Below, piece by piece: positions 48,547-59,800 of a stretch of DNA of 64,000 nt. The number at the start of each line of letters is the position of its first letter. Positions within the stretch are counted from its first letter, which is position 1. This stretch comes from Phaeosaccion multiseriatum. Taxonomy: Eukaryota > Protista > Ochrophyta, other classes. A program made the translations under genes and the position numbers. Under the pieces are notes generated by a model, which saw nothing but the letters and a program-made list of their open reading frames with translations, made no database searches and was not told the origin of the DNA. The stretch lies in contig OZ218951.1 of NCBI GenBank assembly GCA_965112735.1, positions 5,890,001-5,954,000 of the forward strand. The letters run 5' to 3'.

Positions 48547-48643
48547 CCTTTTCCTTTTCTTCCAACCACAACTTGGGCGAACTTACATTCGTCCCATTAG
48601 ACACGCTATCCGCTCCTGCACGCTTGGATCGAACAATCGAGGC

Positions 48644-50594
48644 ATGATACTGAGGCATGCACTGTTTGCGGGCTACTTGGTGAACTGCCTTACGGCAGCC
48701 AAAGCATTTTTCCCACCTCCAACAGCGAGAGCGAGAGGGGCTGCTGGCACCGCCCGTATTGGGATCAAGAGGCCTAGGCCGGTCGCCATAGCTGGAAGAG
48801 AAGGCGTAGACAGAGGGACGAAGGCCCCTGGCGGCAGCTTGAGGAGAGACATGATGACGAGCAGCACTGAGAGTGGGGCCGCTGCTGCAACCCCTGCGAC
48901 GCCCACTTCGAAGCCCGTGCTCTATAAGTACGCCTATTGCCACGGCTTCCTGTCCGACGAGACGAGCAGCAAGGGCATGTTCCTGCGGCAGAAGGTAATC
49001 AATCTTACGTGAAGCAGGGGCTTGCTTCCTGCCTCCCATGCCCTCTTTTCATGCGGGGCTACCCATCCCGTGCACAGTCTCTCCGTGAAGGTTTGAAGTG
49101 CGCTTTGCTCTTTTCTCTTCTCAATTGTTCTCTCAGTGCCCCTGTTTGACAAAAGTGTTCGTAATTCTCCTCTCTCTAGACCCGATGCACCGGTGAAGGG
49201 GAGGGAAGGGAAAGATCCGTCGGATCTGGCACTAAATGCCGCTCTGCGCTCTCTTGTGTCACAGCTGGCGGAGGCGGGGGTAGAGGTGGAGCTGCTCAAC
49301 CTCAACGGGCCAGGAGGGGTCGGCTCTGTGACCTACACCGGAGCAGTCGAGGTAAGCGCGGGCACTCAAGGCCTCGAGAACTAACCGCAAATAACCGCGC
49401 CGAACGCCCGCGAAATGACCTGCCAGGCCGTGGACGAATGCTATTTGGCGACGGCCGAGGCGCACCCCTCGCAAGAGGTCAAGCTCAGGCTCCTTGGCAG
49501 CAGCCTGGGGGGTTACGTGGCTGCGAGGTGAGTCCGTCAGTCCGCCATCCGCGGGACAAGCGCGGCTCTGGCTGGAGAGCCAATGAACATGCGGAGTGCC
49601 TCGGCAGGCTACACGGAGACACACGGGTGGCAAGTGTGCAGCTTTGGCAAGCTCCGTTAACCTCCATTAACCTCCGTCCTCCTGTCTCTGTCTGTGGCCA
49701 TGCGGTGTGTGCGTGGGCCACCCCACCCCACCCCACCCCATCCCACCCCATCCCACAGGTACGCTTCACTTCACCCGTCCCGCGTGGACCGCATGCTGCT
49801 GCTCTGTCCTGGCTTCGACATGCACAGCCGCTGGGACACGCTCTTCGGGAGGGAGGCAATCGACAAGTGGAGGGACAAGGGCAGCAGGACCTTCCCCAGG
49901 GAGGGGGCAGGGGACGTGGAGGTGCCCTTCGCTTTCTACGAGGACGGGCTGCACAACCACCCGCCCTACCCTTTCTGTGAGTGCTGACTGATGACTGATG
50001 GATTGAGAGTGAGTGTCTTCTTTTCTTGAGTGCCGACCGAGGCGGGGTGGGTGAGGGCAAGGAAGGGGAGGGCCTCAGGGGCTCAGCCGATGACACGACC
50101 AAGTCAATGAATGGGGACATGTGCTTGACTTGTGCCCCGGCCCCCCTCCCACCTCCTCTGTTCGCTCCTGGCACCAGATACTTGTCCGACGACGGTGGTG
50201 CACGGACGGAGGGACACCACTGTGCATGTGGAGGCCACCCAGAAGCTCTTTTCCAGCGCCCAGCAGCAGCAGTTGGTGATACAGCAGCAGCAGGCCAGCG
50301 GACAGAAAGCGGAGGAGGATGAGAATAACGTTCAGGAGCCGTCAATGGACTCTGCGGAATGTTCTCGCTCGACCATGGCCATGGTGGTGGAGGACGATCA
50401 CAGTCTGGCCCTGCCCTCAACAATGGACCTCATCGCGCGGCTCGCCTTGGGGGAGCGCTTTGCCGACGTAGAGGCTGGGGCCCTCTCTGGCCAAGGGGGG
50501 CAAGGACAGGGGCGAGGACAGGGGCAAGGACAGGGGCGAGGACAGGTTATCGAGGTGGAGAGCAAGCACCACGTCAAGGACAAGATCGTGCTGG

Positions 50595-50642
<48 letters not shown>

Positions 50643-53306
50643 TACCACCGACGCACCCTCACGTAACTGGCAAGTACGCAACGCGCCTGGAAGCCCAGGC
50701 AAAGCTCAAGAGGCCTCTCGTACACAAAGGGCCTCCGTCCTCGCTATGGTACCTTCCTCTCCCTTCCTCTCCCTCCCTCCCTGTGCTCATTGCCCTACTC
50801 CTCTGTGGGATGTCCCCCTGCGCCCCCCCGTGTAGGCCACGCTGTCTGCCCTTGGCGCCACGCTAGTGAGCGAAGAGATGTTCACAGACGTATACTTGGA
50901 CTGGCCGGGGCAGGGCAGTCATATGGGCACAAAGCTCCTGAAGGATGATGTGTGGCTGCGTCTGCGTGCGGGGCTGTGGGAGCTCAAGGTCCCAGGTAGG
51001 CCAAGCACAGTTGAGGCGAGCCGCGGCGTTATGGCATCGGAGGAGATGAGCGCTGTCCCTCCCTCACACTCCCTTCCTCCGTCTCTCTCTCTCTGTCAGT
51101 GTCGGGCGTGGAGGACAATGAGGAGAGGGGGCTGCCTGCGGTGTACAAGGAGCTGACCAACCCCAGGGATATCTTGAGGTGGCTCAAGGCAAGATACCCC
51201 AGGCCCTTCAGCGGCAGCGCCAGCAGTGCCAGTGGGGAGGTGAGTGAGCGACAACAGCGCACTTCCACTTTGACGCCAAGAGCCTGTTTTGTTCTTGTTC
51301 TTGTTCTTGTTGGTGGTGGTGGTGGTGGTGGTGGCGGTGGTGGTGGTGTTTTTTGTTGTTGTTGGTGGTGGTGGTGTCGCTCACTCTTTTTCTGTGTACC
51401 TTTATTCTCTTTCTACGCTGCTGCACTCACCCCTCTTTTGAAACCAATCTGTGTCTCTTTTGCCTCCTGTACAACCAACCGCCCCACCTCAGATCAGCAA
51501 TGGCGAGGTGCGGGAGGCGCTGCTTGGGGCAGGGCTGAAGGTGTTCGCCGAGTACACAAGCACACGAAGGAAGTGGCAGAAGACCAAGGCCACGGGGGAG
51601 GCCCAAGGTAAGGGAGAGGGAGAGAGAGGAAGATAGGGACAGCGACAGAGGCTGTCGAAGCGGACAGTCCAACGTTAAGTAGAGGGTCTCAGTTTCAGTT
51701 CAGTCTTCAATTTCAGTTTCGGTTACAAGTCAGGGAGGCGCAGCAGGATAGCACTATACGCGCCGCCCTCTCTCCCCTCTCACGCTGTGGAGGGCCCTCC
51801 TCCTCCCCATCCACTGCCATCCCCCCCCTCCCCCTAAGGCTCCTCTCCCGCGGAGCTGAGCAGAGACGTGTCAGTGGACATCGACGAGGCGAGCTTCGGA
51901 TACAGCGTCGTGGAGGTGGAGACGTTGGTGGAACCGACCAGAGTCACAGATGGAGACAGCGGCAGTGTCACAGAGGGACAGACGTCTCTGCAGGACAGGA
52001 AGGCCATCGAGCAGGCCTCTGTGGACGTGGAGGCCTTCGCGGGGGCCCTGGGGCTCACTTCAGGGTAAGTCAGTGGGTGTAGCGGCATTGCTTTCGATAG
52101 GGGGCTATAGAACAATAGGCGTATCTCCTCAGCGCTGACATGCCCACCCGGAGATACGTCAGTTTCAGTTCTGGTTTGATGCCATGAGTCACAGAGAGAG
52201 CCCAAGCACAGGCACCGACACAGACACATTCCGTGGGGCCGGCCCCTTGCCCAAACAGAGCAGATTGCTCAACCCTGCTGTCTGCCTGTTTGTATGCCTC
52301 TGTCCATTCGCTGCCCAGCCCCTCTGTGCGCGTGGCGGGGAAGCTTATGGAGTACATCAAGCGCTACTGCCCCACGGAGTTGGTGAGTGAGTCCGAGGGG
52401 GGGAGGAGAGGGGGGAAGCAAGGCAAGGGCAGCGGCGGGCGAGGACCGACCGTGGTGTACGGGGATGTGGCGTGTTGCGCCTCTGCCTCAGAGCCGAAGT
52501 GCAGGAGGGCAGGGAGGGGAGGGCGGGGGGAGACGCTGGTCCATTGATGCGCATTTTGAGGCTTAGCATACGTGCTGTTCGCTTCATTGAATACTCTTTC
52601 TCCCCCTTCTCTGTTCCTCCCTATCTGTCCCTCCCTCTCTCTCTCTCTCTCCATCTCTCTCGCTTGATTGAGACTCAGCACATGCGTTTCGCCTGTCCCT
52701 TCAGCTTCATGCAGTCTTAGTCCTATCGCTGCCTCCTTGCCCCCTGTTGCCCCCTTGCTTGTCTTCTGCTGCCATCTGCCCTCCATTGCCCGTCTTGCTC
52801 CAAAGGATGTCATTGAGGCAGCGAAAGCCCAAAAAGTCGCCGAGAAGGCTCAGAAGAAGCAGGAGGAGGAGATTGCGAAGAAGATTGCAATGGCGACCGG
52901 GGCGCCTCCTCCTTCCTCCTCCCTGGGAGAGCCCATCATGGCTCTGCCGCCCCCACCCGAGGGCTTTGCGGAGAAGGAGGGCGTCAAGAAGCTCACCCTG
53001 GGGGGGGACGCCGTGAAGATGGATGGGGTGAGGAGATGGCAGTGGATGGAGGGGGCGATAGACACATGCCCACTTATTCTACACCGCCTCTCCTGCCCCT
53101 CTGCTCCTCCCTCCTCTCTCCTCTCTCCTCAGGCGGGGCCCATCATCATCAATGAAGACGGGACAACGAGCGCCATCGCCAATTGGGACCGCATGGACGA
53201 GAGGGAGAAGGAGCTCTCGTGGAAGATGATCTCCAAGCGAAACGCCAAGAGGAGGAAGATATTGGAGGAGCAGGGCAAGAGCGTGGACATCAACCAAACT
53301 ATGTAA
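48644..53306 (+). CDS. Plastid-targeted fusion protein: YqiA/UPF0227-like alpha/beta hydrolase, thiamine-triphosphatase-like CYTH domain and an uncharacterised C-terminal domain (~12 exons)
   Basis: Signal peptide plus AKAFFP. Hydrolase motifs: YCHGFLS..SSKG, GSSLGGY, LLLCPGF, VHGRRD, DDHSL. CYTH motifs: IEVESK, FTDVYLD, WLRLR..WELK, YKEL, VDIDEASFGYSVVEVE, GKLMEYIKRY. A phase-compatible splice (52382 to 52806) leads into the last domain. Confidence 0.8.
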
Positions 53307-53475
53307 ACAGATAGGCATACATGTATAGGTAAGGGCCAGGGAAAAGCGCACAGTGAACAAGATGCACACATGCATTCATTATTTTTAATTTTTTATGATT
53401 GAGTACTTACAAACGAAGGTTCCGTACGGTACGTCATTTCTTCCCCTCTCCCGCCTGCCTGCCCATATGCCCGCC

Positions 53476-55261
53476 TCAACCTCGAATCTTGATGCCCATC
53501 TCCATCCTCCGGCCGCCTCGCTTGAGCTTGCTCCCCCCCGCGGCCCCGTTGCCCCTGCCCCCCTTCCGCCGCTCCTTCTGCTGCCCCGCCCCGAGGGTAC
53601 CCCCGCCGACCTTCCCCACCGGCACTTCGAGCACCACCATTGGCGGCTGCCAGAGCCTCTGCCCAAGATCGAACACATTGCGAGAGTCGACACGCACCCC
53701 CGCACACTCTGGGACACGCTCCATAAGCTCTGCCCACAGCCACGCGCCCACGGCTTGTTCGGCTTGCTCTTCCTCAGACGATGTGTTCCCGCCGCCCTCC
53801 TTCTCATTCTTCATCTCCTTCCCGTCACTAGTCTTGTGCTGCACCTGCATCTGCTCTCGACCTCCCTCCTCCCCTCCCTCGCCGCACGGACTGGGCAGCT
53901 CCATCCCTTCGCTGGAGGCAGCAGCGGCAGCGGCCGCCGTGGCTGCAGCAGCAGATGCATCATCCGCCTCATCATGGCCATTCACCCGCCCGTACACACC
54001 ATTGCTGCTACTATCCACCTTCTCCTCCTCCTCGTCCTCTCTCCCCCGCATCTTCGCCTCGTCTTCCTCCTCTTCCTCTTCGTCTTTCTCGACCCCCATC
54101 CGAAGCCTCGACCCGACGAATCCATTGCTGTACCTTCCTGTGCCGCCCGCCCCCTCTCCCTCCTCGTCTTCCTCGCCGTAAAAGAAGTTGACGTCGCCCT
54201 TCCGTATGCCCACCCGTGCGGAGTGCAGCGCCTCCACGTCCACCCCCGCCACGCCTCTCCGGCCCAGAAAGCGCTGAATCAAGGCTTGTGGCCCTTCCCC
54301 TTGCCTCAGAAAGGTCAAAAATGGCACTCCATGCAACGGCTCCGACTTGAAGCCCCCCCCTCCATACGCCATGTGCACACTCCTCGGATAAGGGGTGTCG
54401 TACGAGTCCCCAGATGTCCCGAGGGACCCATTCCTGCTCCCCGCCCTCCTCCTCCCTCCTCCTCCTATCCCCCCTTCGCCCTCAGGCTCGCTGAAGACAA
54501 GCTGGACGGACATCCACGGGCAGCCTGGCGACTGTGGAAGCAGGGCCTCCTCACTGTCCTCTCGCTCCAGCAGCATGAAGCCGTCCGACTGCACCTCTGC
54601 TGACCAGCAGCTGGCGGGGAGTTGGCCGCACTCCTCGTCCGGTAAGAAGCACCTAAGCACGAACGAGGAGGGGCCACACCACAGCAAACACCCAAGCAGA
54701 AAAGCAGCCATACGCGAGGGACTTGGTCATGCTTCGGGCTACATAAGTACGATCCTTCGTCGAGACAGTTTCCATCAGGGAGAAAAGGGAGAAAGACAAG
54801 AGAGACAGACCAGCCTGCCCGCCCGTTCCCACAACGCCCTCCACCCCAACCCCTCCCCCCCCCCCGGTGTCCACCCTTGTGGCGACACCCTTGTGGCGAC
54901 ACCCTTGTGGCGACACCCTTGTGGCCGTATGTCCTGTCCGTACCTGGTGACAGCGTGTCCAACCACCTCGACCAAGCGCAGCGCAGGCGCTGACCCACCC
55001 TCTTCACCCTCTCCGATGCCCAACTGCTGCCCCGCCCCCTTCAGCACCTCCTCCACGCGCGCTTGGTGGCTCTCCGTCCTAAGGTAAATCACCCCGATGA
55101 AGCGCGAGAGCTCTGCCTCGTCGTACACAGGCTCCGGCCGTGCAACGACTGCACCACCAACTGCTGCAGCTGCACCATCGCCTCCACCCGCTGACGGGCC
55201 ATCCCCCCCACCCTCCCCCCCTTTTCCGGGACCGATTGTAGGGACACCAGCCTGCCCAGTC

Positions 55262-55295
<34 letters not shown>

Positions 55296-55966
55296 GAAGC
55301 GCCTCCTTAATCTCCCTGAGCTGCCTGGCCTCTCTCCGCTTGTCGAGGAGCCTCCGTCCGAAGGCGTCTGCCTCCAGCGCGGCCTCCCTCTTGTTGAGCA
55401 GCAACTCGTCCACCAGCTGCATCTGCACGAGGCGGGGCTTCGAGCCGTAGCGGCCATCCCCACTCCGGGCTATCTCCGTGTCCAGCAGCGAGAAGGGAAG
55501 GACCGTGAACTGGACCCAAATGGGAATCCCCTTCTGACATTCGAAATGTCGGTTCGTGAAGTGGGCGGCATCGATGTCGAGCACGTCCGCATCGTTCCTT
55601 CCGTAGGGGTTACTCATGAAATTGGGGTTGATGCGCGCAGCAAAGCCGTCGAGCCGTCTGCTGTTGCTGTTGCTATTGTAGCCGGTGTCGCTGATACTGC
55701 AGGTGCTGGCCTTGGCGGGCGGCCAGGCAGTGAGCTTGATGTGCAGAGGGCTGGGCACGTTGGTGAGCAGCTCGCACAGATCCTCCACTATTGTCCTGTA
55801 CGAATGCGCAACCTTAATCTCCATGCTGATGCCCGATGGTTGCTGCGAGGTACACACAGTGAGGCACAGAGTTGGAGCAATTGTTGGTTAGTTGCTACTT
55901 GGGATCCGAAGGGAGAAGGCAAGCACATTGCATATTCACTCCACCCCACCCCGCCAAGTGCGACAA

Positions 55967-56012
<46 letters not shown>

Positions 56013-56812
56013 ATCGATAGACAAGACAGACAGACAGACAGACGCGTCGAGTCCTGACGGGGCCACATCGCGGACGTCATGAGGCAACTAAGAAAGTCAC
56101 AAGTCACTGACTACGTAAGTAGGCACGTAAAGTGTACGTAAGTAGGTAACATACCTGGCCCTCGCCGCTCAGGACGCTGGCCCCTGCTGGCAGGAGCGGC
56201 AGATGCAGACAATCCACGCCGCTCGAGGGCACCACGTGCAGCACCCTCCGCCTGGCCCTGTACCTGAAAGGAGGGTGCCAGTGAGTGAGTGAGTATGTGA
56301 GTCAGTGAGTGAGTCAGTGAGTGAGTAAGTGCGTGCATGAAGGAGTGAGTGAGTTAGGAAAGTAGCGGTGCGTGAGCGACTCACTTGCAGTAGGCCAGAA
56401 GGTTCAGGGGGCTCGCCTTGCGCCAAACGCCCAGAGAGTCCTGACACCAGTGGTGGCTGTGGCTGTGGCTGTGGCTGGACCGGGGCCTCCTGTGTGTGTG
56501 TGTGCGGGGCTGGCCGCGTTGGTCCGCCCCCGGCACGGCAGCAGGAACGAGTCGACGACGGGTGGGGGTAGATTGGGGGGTGGGGAAGGGAGCAGCGGGA
56601 GGAGGTGTGTAAGTGCCTGAGCTTACACGTGGCATACGGAGCGGCACAGATTCACAGGCTGGCGCCGTCTGCAGGCAGCGAGTGCGACGCCCGACATTCA
56701 TTTTCCTCGGGCTGTAGCAATGTGTTGGCAAAATCCTGGGCAACATACAGGGCAGCACGGCAGCACGGTAGGCGCTCTCTCGCGCTCCCTCTCTCTCTCT
56801 GGCAGAAACAGT

Positions 56813-56846
<34 letters not shown>

Positions 56847-59800
56847 CTGCAGGTAGGTGCACCCCTTTTCGGACTGTCCCTTACCTGGTCCTCTTGTCTC
56901 GGCCGTTTCTTCCCAATCGTACCGTCCCCGCCGCCGCCCTGCACCCCCTCCCCCTCCCCCTCCCCCGCCTCCGCGCCGGCCTCCTCTCCTTCCCTCACCC
57001 CCCCCACCCCCCCGTTCTTGTGCTCCTCCTCCTCAGTGGGAGGCACAACAACCTGCACGCAAATGATATCTCCACAGCAGAGCTCTTGGGCCTTGCCCGT
57101 CTTGTCCAGGTCGAGCAACGTCGGCTCGTGAATCAGAACGCCGTCCCATAGCTCGAGCTGCTGAGTGTCCGGCAGGCCGAGCCTTCCTCTGAGCTCGGGG
57201 AGGAGGTTGATGAGCTTGGCCCCCCGGGAGATGCTTGCGCACCCGATAAAGTCCAGCGTGGCCGTGAGCGTCGTCAGCCCGCGGTACGGCTCCAACAAGG
57301 CTTGTGCACTGGTGTCAGGACTGCTACCCCCCCCATGACTGGTGCCATTGCCCGCCCCCTCCTCTCCCTGCTGTGTCACCAACTGCTGCTGTTGCCTGGC
57401 GCGGAACACCTTGACAAAGAGGAACAGGTCTCCCCTGCGCGCAGGTGGCGGGCACTTGGGGCGCGCACGCACGCGTAGTGGCAGGGCGCGCTCCTCCTCT
57501 CCCTCTCCGGCCTCCACCTCCATCTTGGCCTCTCCCCCTTCCCTTCCCGTCTCTGCTCTACTCCCCTCCGCTGCCTCCGCCCCCCTCTTTTCTCCTCCTC
57601 CGGCCTCTCCAGTCTCTCGGGCTTCTCTACACTCGTGCTGCCTCCTTTCCCCCGTTCTCCCATCGTCCCCTCCCTCCCCCTCCTTCTCCGTGGACGGATG
57701 TACGACTTGCACGTAAAGACGGGGAGGTTGCTCAGTGCCATTATCGCCTAACCTTGCCCCCCCCATGTCGAGAATCTCCTCCGCAGTGGCGTTGCGGGCT
57801 ACCCCCCACTTTTTCCCCTCATCTCCATCTCGCTCTTCACTCTCCTCCTCCTCCTCCTCCTCCCCCTCCTCCTCCTCCTGGAGAGGGTTGTCGGGTCGGA
57901 CGGTCTTGTTCTCTCGAGTTATGACACTCCACAGCCGCATGTGCTCGCTGTTGAGGCTCAGCTCTTGTGCCACAGCGTCAACAAGCTCTTGCAGCCTCCA
58001 GCTCCTCCGCACCTTCAGCCGCCGAACCTTTTGTACAAGGAGGACAAGGAGGATGGATGGATACGATCGGAGAGAGAGAGAAGGAGAGGGAGGAAGGGAA
58101 AGAGCGACAACGACGAGAGAGATGGAGATGGAGAGAGACGGGAGTGAGGACAGCACTCGGAGTGTGGGAAGATGGCGGACAGCGAATTCCAAATCAAAAG
58201 TGTGGCACCACGCTATGTGAAAGCGCCTTGCTCAGAGCATGGGAACGAAGGGGGTTGGATCCGACAAGGGGGTACAAACAGGGTGTGGATGGACAGAGAA
58301 CATGGACAGGAGACAGGGCTCATAAAGCGAGCAACCCGCGCCCCAATGCCCCAACAGACATGCGTATGTGCCGCACCTTTGGCCATCGGACAAAGTCCTC
58401 GGAGATTGCTTGGCCTGAGGCAAAGAGCGAAATGAGAGGTACAACACGCGGCGGGAGGATGAGGAGGAGGCATGGAAGAGAGAGAGGTAGACATGTCAAT
58501 TGCGTCCAAAGAGACGAGAGACGAGATGTTCACGCGCGGAAAGAGAGGAGGGGCCGAGAAGCAGGACGACAAAAGCTGCTGTAGCGATGCTCTCTTTCAC
58601 TCACTCTCTCTCTCTGCCCCGTTTCCCTCCCGCTCATCGTCCACCTTGTCATCCATCCCCACGCCCCTCTCTCTCTCTCACCGTCCGGCTCGCAGTCGCG
58701 AATGTCCTGGTCCGTAGCGAGCTGAGCGAAGAAGAAGAGGTGCGCCTCCCGCTTGTCCTTGGCGATACGCGCCGCCTCCGCCTCCTCCCCTTGGAAGCGA
58801 AGCCTCAGAGCCTCGGGAACGCCTGCCACGCATCGTGTACACGAGACACAGAGAGGGAAGGGTGAGCGACCCGCAAGATAGATATCTCTCCACTGCCATC
58901 CACTGCCATCCACAGGTGCTACAAAGGGGCTCGTCTGCCGTCCATTGCCTTTTGCTGTCAGGTCATTCCTAAGCCCTCACGGCCCTCTGGCCCCCCTTTG
59001 TGGCTCTTCAGCTCCTTTCAAGCTACGGTGCAGGTAAACAACACAAGCACGCGACTTACACCTTGTGCCTCTTCTTACCTTTGAAGCCCGGCAGGGGTAG
59101 CATGACCTCTGCCCAGTCCGTCTCCCTCACGTACACGAGCATGTACGCGCTCGAGTACCTTGACGCGAAGGAGGGCCTGCAGTTGGGAGTACTGCTGAGG
59201 AGCCCCTCCTTGGCGCCGCTCTGGCCCCTCCGCCGCTTCTTGCCCCTCTTGCCGCCCTTCTTCGCACTCCGAAGGCGGTGGCTGACTCCAAAGAAGTTCT
59301 CGGGGTGGAAGTCTCGGTTGCGATTGTCGTCCTGCGAAAGAGACGGAGAGAGAGAACAGAAGGGGAGACGGAATTGAACACTTCGATGCTCCCGCAGAGA
59401 AGAGACGGGCAGAGCATGCGTTGGCTCCTCGTCTGAGATGTACTGCGCATACATTATCCCCCCCCCTCCCTCTTACCTCCTCGCTCCACCCAAACGATCC
59501 ACGCACGGCCTCTTCAAAGGACACGTTCGTGACGTGCTCATCGTCGAACTTGAACCAGCGATCACCGTCGTCGTCCTGCCCTCCTTCGCCCCCCTCTTCT
59601 CCCTCCTCCCCCCCCTCTTCCTCGCTGCTCGACCCCTCGCCGTTCGACTCGCCCCCCGTCTCCGATTCGCGCTTGCCCTTCTCCTCCTCATCATCCTCCT
59701 CCGCCTCCTCCTCCTCCTTGTTCTTCTTTTTCTTCTTCTTCTTCTCCTCCTCCTCCTCCTCCTCCACAACATCGTCGTCCTTCGCATCATCCCTGTGGCC

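Noticed and set aside
53395-54603. 402-aa plus-strand ORF (likewise 60654-62066 and 36840-37871)
   Set aside because: These are antisense to well-supported exons in GC-rich sequence and have no recognisable motifs.
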